A stretch of 64,000 bases of DNA from Candidatus Moraniibacteriota bacterium. GTDB taxonomy: Bacteria > Patescibacteriota > Minisyncoccia > Moranbacterales > UBA1568. The position numbers and the translations under genes were made by a program. The notes below the pieces were generated by a model. That model searched no databases. It had not been told where the DNA came from and saw only the letters and a list, made by a program, of their open reading frames with translations. The stretch lies in the NCBI GenBank assembly GCA_028711705.1, contig JAQTRS010000002.1, forward strand, positions 137,617 through 201,616. The letters are read 5' to 3'. Below, piece after piece: positions 28,855-38,963 of the stretch; position 1 is the first letter of the stretch; each line of letters begins with the position of its first letter.

Positions 28855-29496
28855 TCAAGCGGAAAGCACCTTCACTATAGCATCAAAGTCCTGGATCATA
28901 AAATCGGCAGAAGGGCTTTGTACGTCCTGATAACGCCCCTCCGACCGCATCACCTGCACCGTCTTCACGGCCGGGATATTCTTTTTGACATCGTCGATAT
29001 ATTCGGCCCGATCATCGAAAAACCATACCGGTTCATCGCCGGATCTTTCCATCACCAACACTATCGGAACATACTTTTTCTCCTGCACGATAAACACCTC
29101 ATCGAAGTATTCCCGCAAGCCCGTGCCGTTTATCTTCTCGTTCTGAAATGCCGACTGCCCGAAGGAAAGCACGTATACCCGTATATTTTTTTCACGCGCC
29201 CTCTCAAAAAACAGGCGTATATCGGGAAAGACATAGCGGGAAGTGTCTTGTAAAAATACTGCCGCCGATTTCCTCACCGCATCGGTATCGAACACGATTT
29301 TTTGCGAAGCGATACTACTGAGGTGCATTTCCATATCATAGATCGCCGTGTCGTCACCGAGCACACGATACGCGTTTTGGCGGGTCTTCTTATACATATC
29401 GAACGGAACGCCGTTATCGGTGAATACCGTCGAAAAATCCGTGACGAAATCCCGCGTATTGAAAATCGTGTCGTCCCAATCGATAAAAACTCTCAT
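28855..29496 (-). CDS. HAD-superfamily hydrolase
   Basis: ORF track; motif I DWDDT near the N-terminus; 4-nt overlap with the upstream yvcK-like gene. Confidence 0.6.
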   Translation of the reverse strand: MRVFIDWDDTIFNTRDFVTDFSTVFTDNGVPFDMYKKTRQNAYRVLGDDTAIYDMEMHLSSIASQKIVFDTDAVRKSAAVFLQDTSRYVFPDIRLFFERAREKNIRVYVLSFGQSAFQNEKINGTGLREYFDEVFIVQEKKYVPIVLVMERSGDEPVWFFDDRAEYIDDVKKNIPAVKTVQVMRSEGRYQDVQSPSADFMIQDFDAIVKVLSA

Positions 29497-30533
29497 ATGA
29501 TGTCTTGTATTATTTTTTTATTTTCATTGAATGTCAGCAGGAACTCGATAACCTGCGCCAGCTTATCGGAATCATGCCGGATGAAGGAACGCGTGTTGGT
29601 GAGGACATCGTTTTTGTGTATCTCCGGGACCTTATTGCTCACAACATTCGCCTTAACGACCTTGTATGTCCGCTCGACATACTCATGAAACAAAACCTGC
29701 GCGCCTTTGCCCTCGAATTGCTCGTATTTTTCGATCAGTTCCTTTTTCAATTTATGATCGTTATAGACCACATAGTCGATGCGTCCCTCCTCGATATAGC
29801 GCTCCAATGATTGAACATACTCGCGCACGCTCCACCCGTCCGTCAATCCCCTTTTGTTGGTGAGATTAGCAACATACACGATACGAGCCTTCGCATTCCG
29901 TATGGCCGTCGATACCTCCTCGATCAGAAGATTCGGCACTATGCTCCCAAAGTGATCCCCAGGACCGAGCACAATCACATTCGCCTCACGGATAGCGCTG
30001 AGCGCATCGGCATTGGCACGCACGGCGTGCTCCAGCCTAATGCTTTTAAGCCTGATACCCTTCTCCCGAAGGTCCGCATTGCTGTCCAACTGATCCTCGC
30101 CATACAACACCTCCCCATTCTCAAGCGTGGTAATAAAACGCATATCATCCTCCGTCACCGGAAGCACCCGCCCGTAAACATTGAGGATACGCGACGCCTC
30201 CCTGAGTCCGCGCGACATCCCGCCACAGGTTTTTTCCAAGGCGCTGATCAGGATATTCCCGAAATTATGCCCCGCAAGCCCTCCGTTCTCGAAACGGTAA
30301 TTCATCAGATCGCGCATCTTCTCTGATGAGCGCGAGAGCGCGACCAGGCACTGGCGCACGTCTCCGGGTGGCAATACGCCCAATTCATCGCGCAGTACGC
30401 CCGTCGATCCGCCGTCATCAGCCATCGTGACGATCGCCGAAAGATCCACCGGATATTTTTTCAACCCGGAAAGCAGCGTGAAGCTTCCTGTCCCTCCTCC
30501 AATGGTAACGATTTTTTTCCTTTTCATACTCAT
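29493..30533 (-). CDS. YvcK/GlmR (CofD-like, UPF0052) gluconeogenesis factor family protein
   Basis: ORF track; strong similarity to B. subtilis YvcK across its length (IVTIGGGTG, TMADDGGSTG, GDVRQCLVAL, VIVLGPGD). Confidence 0.85.
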   Translation of the reverse strand: MSMKRKKIVTIGGGTGSFTLLSGLKKYPVDLSAIVTMADDGGSTGVLRDELGVLPPGDVRQCLVALSRSSEKMRDLMNYRFENGGLAGHNFGNILISALEKTCGGMSRGLREASRILNVYGRVLPVTEDDMRFITTLENGEVLYGEDQLDSNADLREKGIRLKSIRLEHAVRANADALSAIREANVIVLGPGDHFGSIVPNLLIEEVSTAIRNAKARIVYVANLTNKRGLTDGWSVREYVQSLERYIEEGRIDYVVYNDHKLKKELIEKYEQFEGKGAQVLFHEYVERTYKVVKANVVSNKVPEIHKNDVLTNTRSFIRHDSDKLAQVIEFLLTFNENKKIIQDII

Positions 30534-30596
30534 GATTTACATATCCGAAGTAAGTATTGTTGGCACGTAATGATGCATCCGCTATCAAATACATCA

Positions 30597-31301
30597 TTAC
30601 TGATCTTGTGAGATTGCCCGAAGAAACTGCTCTGCCAGGGCTAAGTCTTGGGGATTGCCGACCGGCAGCCACCTTCGCGTCACTTTGACTTGTACCGGAT
30701 GCTTCTGACCCATAACAACCAGTGTCTGAGGCAGGCCGTATTCCGTCTCGGATATTTTGACGGGAGGATAGGTGAAAAAATCCGTGCTCAGGACATAGGC
30801 CCCCGTATTGACCAAGCCTTCACCTAATTCGTGCGGACGCTCCACCACACCCGCCAAATGATGCCGCTCATCGACCGTCACCAGACCGAAGGCGGACGCA
30901 TCCTGCGTATGGTACCCGAGCAGTGCAAGCGGATAGTGCATGATCTTTTCGATATCGTCCGGATGATAGAGGTCGTCGCCCATCGTCACCAAAAACCGCT
31001 CGCGGACGATGTCTTTCACGAGATAGATGGCGCCCGCCGTCCCGTTAAGCTCGGTCTGCTCGACATAGGTTATCTTTTTTCCGTTCCACTTTGTGCCGAA
31101 ATAGTCCTGGATAATTTCCTTCTTGTATCCGACAACGAGAATGACTTCCTCAACACCTTCCGGGAGCAGGCGTATCTTATGCGCCAGCAAAGGCAGGCCG
31201 AGCACACAGATCATCGGCTTCGGAGTATTGTTCGTCAATTCGCCCATACGGGTACCGCGCCCGGCGGCCAAAATTACGCACTGCATAGGCTTAGACAACA
31301 A
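30597..31301 (-). CDS. sugar-phosphate nucleotidyltransferase (NTP_transferase fold)
   Basis: ORF track; N-terminal LAAGRGTRMGELTNNTPKPM signature. Confidence 0.75.
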   Translation of the reverse strand: MLSKPMQCVILAAGRGTRMGELTNNTPKPMICVLGLPLLAHKIRLLPEGVEEVILVVGYKKEIIQDYFGTKWNGKKITYVEQTELNGTAGAIYLVKDIVRERFLVTMGDDLYHPDDIEKIMHYPLALLGYHTQDASAFGLVTVDERHHLAGVVERPHELGEGLVNTGAYVLSTDFFTYPPVKISETEYGLPQTLVVMGQKHPVQVKVTRRWLPVGNPQDLALAEQFLRAISQDQ

Positions 31302-34300
31302 TATTCATCAGTCGATTCGGCACGAAAATCACTTTCCTGATAGTTTTTCCCTGGATATGGAGCGCCACTTTCTCATCCTGCAGTGCAAGCGTTTCAACAT
31401 CCTTCTGCTGTGCGCCGGAAGCGACGGCTATTTTGGCGCGGAGCTTCCCATTGACCTGCACGACGATATCGACCGTTTCATCTTGCAAAAGCTTCGGATC
31501 GAATTTCGGCCACACGCCTTCGGTGATAGATCCGGCGTGACCGAGCCTCTCCCACAGCTCTTCGGCGATATGCGGTGCAAACGGAGATAAGAGGAGCAGG
31601 AAGGTTTCAAAATCATCCTGCGAGATCTTTGCCTGCCTATCCATCTCATTGACGAGTATCATCAGGCTGCTGACAGCCGTATTGAAACGGAACTCCTCGA
31701 TATCCTGCGTGACTTTCTGGATAGTCTTGTGCAACAGCGTGCGCAAAGCATTGTTTTCTGTTCCTTGTTTTCTGTTGATTGCTGACTGTTGACTAACTTT
31801 CTCTCCCATTCTCCACACCTTTTCCAAGAAGCGTCGCGGTCCGACAAGATTGTCCGTCTTCCAGGCTTTGGCATCCTCAAGCGGCCCCATGAACATCTCA
31901 TAAAGCCTTAGAGAATCCGCACCGAATTGCCCGACGACATCATCCGGATTGACGACATTCCCCAAAGACTTGCTCATCTTGCGGCCGTCTTCCGCCAACA
32001 CCATGCCCTGGTGCCTGAGCTTCATGAACGGCTCATCGAAATCAATCAGCCCATACTTTCGGAGCGCTTTGGCAAAGAACCTCGCATAGAGAAGATGCAG
32101 CACCGTATGTTCCGCTCCGCCCATATACACATCCACCGGGAGCCACTTCGCGAGTTTTTCCGGATCTGCAAATGCTTCCGTATTCTTCGGATCAACGAAA
32201 CGCAGATAGTACCAGCTCGAACACACGAACGTATCCATCGTATCGGATTCACGCCTCGCTTTTTCACCGCACTTCGGACACAATACATCATGAAAGCTTT
32301 CCGAACGTGTGAGCGGAGACTCCCCTGTCGGGCGGAAATCCACATCCATCGGTAAACTAACCGGAAGATCCTGCTCCGGCACCGGCTGCTCGCCGCAGGT
32401 ATCGCAGTAGATGATCGGGATCGGCGCACCCCAATAGCGCTGCCGCGATACGAGCCAATCACGCAATCGATAATTCACTTTTTTCTCACCGAGTTTTTTC
32501 TCCTCCAACCATTGTGTTATTTTTTCTCGCGCTGCTTGTGAAGCCAATCCCGAAAATGCTCCGGAATCAGCCAGCACGCCGTCTTCAGCAAAGATCTTCC
32601 CTTGGATGAATTTGTCGAAAAGGTATCGATGCAACGGATCAGCAACCTTGGCGAATGCATCTTCTCTGGTAATCCATTCCACCGTGAACTTATTATGCTC
32701 GTCCGCTTCCAAACGCTGCTCCGCTTTTTCCTTATCCGCCAAACGAAAGTGCAGCCCTGTGGCCTCGATATTCCTGTAGACATTCTTGGAAGCCGCGAAA
32801 TAGTGATGATGGATTTTTTCGGATACCGCCACGAGCTTCACATGCTTGTAGCCAGTCTCCTCTTCGATCTCCCGCACGGCCGCCTGAATCACGTCCTCCT
32901 CTTCTTCCAGTCCCCCGCCGATAAACAGATTGCCGCCGAGTTTCTCCCCCCAATTGATGGAGAGGAATTTCCCGGTTTTCGCATCCTCGACCACCGCCAC
33001 GATACTGCGACGGAATTCCTCATTCTCACGCACCGTCCCCGTGACCGGTTCGATCGATATACGTATCGGAAGATCGTATTTCTTCGCGAAGGCAAAATCG
33101 CGCTCATCATGCGCTGGTACCGCCATCACCGCTCCGGTTCCATAATTACCGAGCACATAGTCCGCCACAAATACCGGGACCGCCTCACCGGTGAATGGAT
33201 TGATAGCCTCGATACCCTCAAGCTTCACGCCCGTCTTATCCTTGGCAAGTTCCGTACGCTCAAGCTCCGTTTTCTTCTTCGTCGCTTCAAGATATTTTTC
33301 GACTTCAGCCTTGTTGCTGATTCCCTGTTGACTGTTATTTGTTAATTGTTGACTGACCAAAGGATGTTCCGGCGCCACCACGACATAGGTGCAACCGAAA
33401 ATAGTATCGACACGCGTCGTGAACACTTCGATATCCTCCTGCCCTTGCTTATCTTCCGTTTTTTGTTGACTGTTAATTGTTGACCCGCCCGCAACGTTTC
33501 GCGTAGCGATTCGGGCAGGCTGTTGACTGATATGAAATCGCACCATCGCCCCCTCGCTCCTTCCGATCCAGTGCTGCTGCGCCTTCTTGGTTGACTCGGG
33601 CCAATCGATTTTTTTAAGACCGGAAATCAGTCCGGAAACATCGCGTCCCTCGAATTGCTGATCCTCGATGAAATCCGTGATCTTGAAAAACCATTGCTTC
33701 AGATCCTTCTGCACCACTTCCGTCTTGCAGCGCTCGCACACGCCATCCACCACCTGCTCATTGGCCAGCACGGTCTGGCACGACGGACACCAATTCACGC
33801 TCGCCTGTTTACGATAGGCCAAACCGTTCTTATACAGAAACAAAAACAGCCACTGCGTCCATTTGTAATATTCGGGGCTCGACGTATCGATTTCGCGCGA
33901 CCAGTCATAGGAAATCCCCAAGCTCTTGATCTGACGGGTGAAGTTGGCGATATTTTCGTGGGTTTTTTGATCGGGGTGCACGCCGGTCTTGATGGCGAAG
34001 TTTTCCGCAGGCAGTCCGAAAGCGTCCCACCCGATCGGATGCAAGACTTCAAAACCCTGCAGGCGCTTGAAGCGCGAATAGATGTCCGTGGCCGTATAAT
34101 TCTCCACATGACCCACGTGCAAACCGTCCCCCGAAGGATACGGGAACATGTCCAACACATAACATTTTTCCTTGCCGGACTGATCCGATGCCTGAAAGTC
34201 GCCCTGCTTCGCCCACCGGTCTTGCCATTTCTTCTCGATAGTTTTAGCGCTGTACTGGCCTGCCATAAGGAAAGTATTAAGAGTATTACCCTTATCATAG

Positions 34301-34326
34301 CCTCTTTGGGACTTTTTTTCAAGCAA
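31291..34326 (-). CDS. leuS: leucine--tRNA ligase with an inserted Nudix-hydrolase-box segment
   Basis: ORF track; class-I HIGH (PYPSGDGLHVGH), KMSKS, AVPAHDERDFAFAKKYDLP. 1011 aa versus a typical about 800-880. Perfect Nudix box GGGLEEEEDVIQAAVREIEEETGY inserted after the AVPAHDERD motif. Confidence 0.93.
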   Translation of the reverse strand: MLEKKSQRGYDKGNTLNTFLMAGQYSAKTIEKKWQDRWAKQGDFQASDQSGKEKCYVLDMFPYPSGDGLHVGHVENYTATDIYSRFKRLQGFEVLHPIGWDAFGLPAENFAIKTGVHPDQKTHENIANFTRQIKSLGISYDWSREIDTSSPEYYKWTQWLFLFLYKNGLAYRKQASVNWCPSCQTVLANEQVVDGVCERCKTEVVQKDLKQWFFKITDFIEDQQFEGRDVSGLISGLKKIDWPESTKKAQQHWIGRSEGAMVRFHISQQPARIATRNVAGGSTINSQQKTEDKQGQEDIEVFTTRVDTIFGCTYVVVAPEHPLVSQQLTNNSQQGISNKAEVEKYLEATKKKTELERTELAKDKTGVKLEGIEAINPFTGEAVPVFVADYVLGNYGTGAVMAVPAHDERDFAFAKKYDLPIRISIEPVTGTVRENEEFRRSIVAVVEDAKTGKFLSINWGEKLGGNLFIGGGLEEEEDVIQAAVREIEEETGYKHVKLVAVSEKIHHHYFAASKNVYRNIEATGLHFRLADKEKAEQRLEADEHNKFTVEWITREDAFAKVADPLHRYLFDKFIQGKIFAEDGVLADSGAFSGLASQAAREKITQWLEEKKLGEKKVNYRLRDWLVSRQRYWGAPIPIIYCDTCGEQPVPEQDLPVSLPMDVDFRPTGESPLTRSESFHDVLCPKCGEKARRESDTMDTFVCSSWYYLRFVDPKNTEAFADPEKLAKWLPVDVYMGGAEHTVLHLLYARFFAKALRKYGLIDFDEPFMKLRHQGMVLAEDGRKMSKSLGNVVNPDDVVGQFGADSLRLYEMFMGPLEDAKAWKTDNLVGPRRFLEKVWRMGEKVSQQSAINRKQGTENNALRTLLHKTIQKVTQDIEEFRFNTAVSSLMILVNEMDRQAKISQDDFETFLLLLSPFAPHIAEELWERLGHAGSITEGVWPKFDPKLLQDETVDIVVQVNGKLRAKIAVASGAQQKDVETLALQDEKVALHIQGKTIRKVIFVPNRLMNIVV

Positions 34327-34330
34327 AACG

Positions 34331-34355
34331 AAAAGCGGACAAGATGTCCGCTTTC
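34331..34355 (-). terminator. rho-independent terminator downstream of the DUF4349-like gene
   Basis: GCGGACAagaTGTCCGC hairpin followed on the minus strand by TTTTCGTTTT. Confidence 0.5.
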
Positions 34356-34375
34356 ATACCTAATCAACCGTCAGA

Positions 34376-35371
34376 TTATTGCCTGAGCCACTGATGGAGT
34401 TTTTTCACCACCACATACAGGATGCCTCCGAAGATCAGGAGGAAAATTCCCAGGATCGGCACTACCACGATGACGAAGGAGATGAGGAAAGATATCGCTC
34501 CTTGCCCTGCTTTAATGAGCGCGTTCACCGCCGCCTTGATTTCCTGCAGCGGGCGCCAATCCGTGTCGGTCTTGCCGATCTTGGTGTCTTCCGTGAACGA
34601 CACGGCGATGGTCGACATATCCGACTGATTGTCCAGATATTTCATCTGCGCCTGGAGCTGTTCGATTTCGCCGCGAACCCGTGCAAGCTGTGTCGTCACC
34701 TGCAAAACATCGTCTATATTATTGGAGTCCCGCGTCAGGATAGCAGCGATAGATTCTTCCTCCACCTGCTTGTTTTTCAAGCGGGCCTGTAAGTCGACAT
34801 ACTGACTTGTCACGTCCTGACCGTTCGTCGTCTCCCTCACCACGACGCGCGCGATGGATTTGATGCTCTGCATCGCTTCATCAAAATGGGCAGCCGAAAC
34901 CTTTATCGTCGCCTGTCCCTGCTTGATGCTATTGGCCGTCTTGGCATCATAGATCGAGGAAGAAAAGATATCCCCTTCAAATTGCGCAGCGATCCCTCGC
35001 AGCTGATCCATAGCCTTCTCGACGCTCTCCACCTTCAGCGTCAGGTCCCCTGTCTTGACGACTTTCTTTTCTGCCGGAGCGACGTCTTCGGTCTGCGGCA
35101 ATGTTCCGTTATCGGTTGCTCTGCCGATCGAAGGCGCGATTTCGGATCCCGGTAAGCCCATCGGCGAAGGGACACCCATGCCGACCACGCCGCTATTTTT
35201 CTGCACGCGGCTATCCGAAAAATACGGGGCATTTATCCCACCCAGCATCATATTTTGCCTATTGCCAATCACGATGATCGCAACCGCGATAATGAATGCC
35301 ACAACAGCGGCGATAGCGATCCCTCTGGCAACACGCGAAAAACGCTCACGCCCCGAAGACGACATGTCCAT
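34376..35371 (-). CDS. DUF4349-like membrane-anchored protein
   Basis: ORF track; N-terminal TM, central coiled-coil, C-terminal double TM (AISFLISFVIVVVPILGIFLLIFGGILYVV), an architecture typical of DUF4349. Confidence 0.5.
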   Translation of the reverse strand: MDMSSSGRERFSRVARGIAIAAVVAFIIAVAIIVIGNRQNMMLGGINAPYFSDSRVQKNSGVVGMGVPSPMGLPGSEIAPSIGRATDNGTLPQTEDVAPAEKKVVKTGDLTLKVESVEKAMDQLRGIAAQFEGDIFSSSIYDAKTANSIKQGQATIKVSAAHFDEAMQSIKSIARVVVRETTNGQDVTSQYVDLQARLKNKQVEEESIAAILTRDSNNIDDVLQVTTQLARVRGEIEQLQAQMKYLDNQSDMSTIAVSFTEDTKIGKTDTDWRPLQEIKAAVNALIKAGQGAISFLISFVIVVVPILGIFLLIFGGILYVVVKKLHQWLRQ

Positions 35372-35411
35372 AATGTTATATTAAAAAATAACCCACACTG
35401 TCAGTGTACCA

Positions 35412-35726
35412 CTATTTCACTATGACACAAAAATCATCCTCCAACTTCTGCCGCAGAGCAGCATGGAAATCTTCCATGCTCGCACCGCCATGCAAACTCA
35501 CCACCAGTATCTGCACGGCACCATCGGAACACACTTTGAGCTGACAAGCACCCCCGCCAAGCGTCGCGACGCGTAGCTCCTTTTTATTGCCGCGCCGTCG
35601 CCCATCAATAAAACCTATCGTATATTTTTTGACCAGCGGGCATTGTTCCAAAAACCGCACCACATCCTTGGCGCGAGGGATTAGGCTCGAATGACTGCTC
35701 TTGCTGCGTTTGTATTGTCCTGCCAT
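35412..35726 (-). CDS. hypothetical protein (104 aa)
   Basis: ORF track only. Confidence 0.35.
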   Translation of the reverse strand: MAGQYKRSKSSHSSLIPRAKDVVRFLEQCPLVKKYTIGFIDGRRRGNKKELRVATLGGGACQLKVCSDGAVQILVVSLHGGASMEDFHAALRQKLEDDFCVIVK

Positions 35727-35743
35727 AGTCCCTTACTTACCGA

Positions 35744-35770
35744 GCGGCACCCTACAAAAGAGGGTGCCGC
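35744..35770. terminator. GC-rich hairpin downstream of atpC
   Basis: GCGGCACCCTacaaaagAGGGTGCCGC, 10-bp perfect stem, no clear U-run. Confidence 0.35.
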
Positions 35771-35794
35771 CTCGGAACGAATCATACGATATTC

Positions 35795-36247
35795 CTATAC
35801 CTGCACTTCCGGAACCGCCCGGTGCTTCGCATGATGCTTGCGCGCCACCCGGATACGCGTCAATTGTTTTTCAAGCGATGCGGCAATGCGAGCATATTCC
35901 TCACTGTCCAAAAATGTGTCCTGTCGCATCAGTTTTTCTGCCCGCTCTTTCGCTTCCTGTGCCCGCGCGATATCGATGGCATCCGCATACTCCGCCGTAT
36001 CCGCAAGCAAGGTTAAGACATTATCATGGAATTCCACAAAACCGCCCGAGACCGCCAAGGCGATCTCATCGCTCTGTGCCGATTCCTTGCGATACACAAC
36101 TTCACCCGCCTTGAGCGCACCGATATACGAGATATGTTCCGGCAGTATCGTGATTTCGCCATCCTCGATCGGAAGCGTCACTTGATACACTTCTTCTTCC
36201 GAGACTACCTTCTCCGGCGTGATGATTTTGAGTGTGATTTTTTTCAT
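35795..36247 (-). CDS. atpC: ATP synthase F1 epsilon subunit
   Basis: ORF trimmed to MKKITLKI (ATG 36245-36247); overlaps the atpD stop; beta-sandwich plus helical hairpin pattern. Confidence 0.85.
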   Translation of the reverse strand: MKKITLKIITPEKVVSEEEVYQVTLPIEDGEITILPEHISYIGALKAGEVVYRKESAQSDEIALAVSGGFVEFHDNVLTLLADTAEYADAIDIARAQEAKERAEKLMRQDTFLDSEEYARIAASLEKQLTRIRVARKHHAKHRAVPEVQV

Positions 36248-36264
36248 ACTCGATTCTTGATTCA

Positions 36265-37737
<1,473 letters not shown>

Positions 37738-37779
37738 CTATTGTAACACGGGCTCGCTGAAAGGCGTTTTTTATACACC

Positions 37780-37808
37780 TTGACAAATCGATCCCAAAAG
37801 TGTATGTT
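37780..37808 (+). promoter_or_regulatory. sigma70 promoter TTGACAAAT-N-TATGTT for the 37891 cassette
   Basis: -35 TTGACA 37780-37785, 17-bp spacer, -10 TATGTT 37803-37808; paralogous to the promoters at 41700 and 42337. Confidence 0.5.
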
Positions 37809-37890
37809 ATGCAGTCAATGGATTCAGCATGAAATTATTGACTGTACCGTTATTTAACAACCTTTTATCATCAGACCGCAAGGAGGTCGC

Positions 37891-38277
37891 ATGAAACAAT
37901 ATCTCCGCATCATAACCGCCGGCACACTCGGGCTCACAACAGCATTTGCCGTCATGGTATTGCTATACGCCATGGCAACCGGCATGCATCGTGGGAAATC
38001 CATCCTCGATGCCAGTGAAGAATCCGTTCTTATTTTCATCGGCATCGCGATCATCACGTCTAGCGGTATCGCTGCAATGGTAATACTGGCGTGCCTCAAA
38101 AAAGCGTGGGAAATCGGATCGGCCTTCACCATGATTCTCGCAGTCGCCGCAGGATTGGCGGAAATTTTGAGCGATCAGTTTTTGCTGATACTCATCATGA
38201 TCGTCGTCGTAGCATCGATCGGCCTTTGGTATTCCTACCAAAAAGCCCTTGCCATCCCTGCGAACAAAAACAAGTAA
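37891..38277 (+). CDS. small polytopic membrane protein (128 aa), cassette C
   Basis: ORF track; AAGGAGGT RBS 4 nt upstream; 4 predicted TM helices; opposite strand to the flanking atp genes. Confidence 0.55.
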   Translation: MKQYLRIITAGTLGLTTAFAVMVLLYAMATGMHRGKSILDASEESVLIFIGIAIITSSGIAAMVILACLKKAWEIGSAFTMILAVAAGLAEILSDQFLLILIMIVVVASIGLWYSYQKALAIPANKNK

Positions 38278-38288
38278 TTCATCCAGCA

Positions 38289-38317
38289 TTTGGGATTCGA
38301 TACCATCCAATCCCAAA
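38289..38317 (+). repeat. conserved stem-loop TTTGGGATT-cgataccatcc-AATCCCAAA directly after the 38277 stop (copy 1 of 3)
   Basis: 9-bp perfect stem; same loop as copy 2 (38714..38742); stem differs by the compensatory pair T..A versus C..G. Confidence 0.45.
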
Positions 38318-38400
38318 GCGCGGGGCAAAATCTCCGCCCTTCGGTCATATCGTAACAAGATACCGAGGGGCGACTTTTCCAATCAACCGAGGAATCTATC

Positions 38401-38700
38401 ATGTCAACCTACACCACCATGCGTGTTTTCAAAATACTGACTTCGAAGGGGAAGACTTATTTCGCTGAGCAAGAAGGGCTTGAAATCCTGCGCAGCCACA
38501 ATAACTTGGAAAGCGTCGCAAGATCCGTCAAGGAAAAACTTGCTACCGCCACAACCTCTATCGATTTTTGCTTCACGCCGTTTCATGATGCGACCGTCGG
38601 GTGCGACGGCAAAACGCTCTGTCACTACAAACCGCTATCAGAACGTGAGAAAACGATCTTCCTAGATGCTCTCTGCTCCGCCGGTAAACCGGCCGAATAA
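38401..38700 (+). CDS. small Cys-containing soluble protein (99 aa), hypothetical
   Basis: ORF track; GAGGAA RBS; followed by the same conserved 3' stem-loop as the membrane-protein cassettes. Confidence 0.45.
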   Translation: MSTYTTMRVFKILTSKGKTYFAEQEGLEILRSHNNLESVARSVKEKLATATTSIDFCFTPFHDATVGCDGKTLCHYKPLSEREKTIFLDALCSAGKPAE

Positions 38701-38713
38701 TTTTCACCCAACA

Positions 38714-38742
38714 TTCGGGATTCGATACCATCCAATCCCGAA
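38714..38742 (+). repeat. conserved stem-loop TTCGGGATT-cgataccatcc-AATCCCGAA directly after the 38700 stop (copy 2)
   Basis: 9-bp perfect stem plus outer CACCC/GGGTG pairing (38704..38752). Confidence 0.45.
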
Positions 38743-38854
38743 GCGTGGGGTGAAGCGCTATCGCCTTTCAATTACTTTTACTTTCACAAAAGCTACTGAG
38801 GGCGATTTTTTAATGTGAAAATTTTCAATTCAAATCGATACTGTTCTTAGTCTC

Positions 38855-38924
38855 ATGACCGTACTATTTTATACGCAACCTTCTTAAGTACTCCAACGGT
38901 TACTTAACAAAATAGTACGGTCAT
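38855..38924. repeat. long hairpin: 16-bp perfect inverted repeat ATGACCGTACTATTTT with a 38-nt loop containing CCTTCTTAAGTACTCCAACGGT
   Basis: Seen in sequence downstream of the atpG stop; loop core matches (22/24) the reverse complement of the loop of the 47075..47145 palindrome. Confidence 0.45.
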
Positions 38925-38963
38925 ACTCAGTCTTTTGTGGTAATTGCTTTTAGTCATCCTTTA

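Noticed and set aside
34327-34375. Possible T-box leader upstream of leuS
   Set aside because: Only 49 nt separate leuS from the upstream gene's terminator. This is too short for a T-box.
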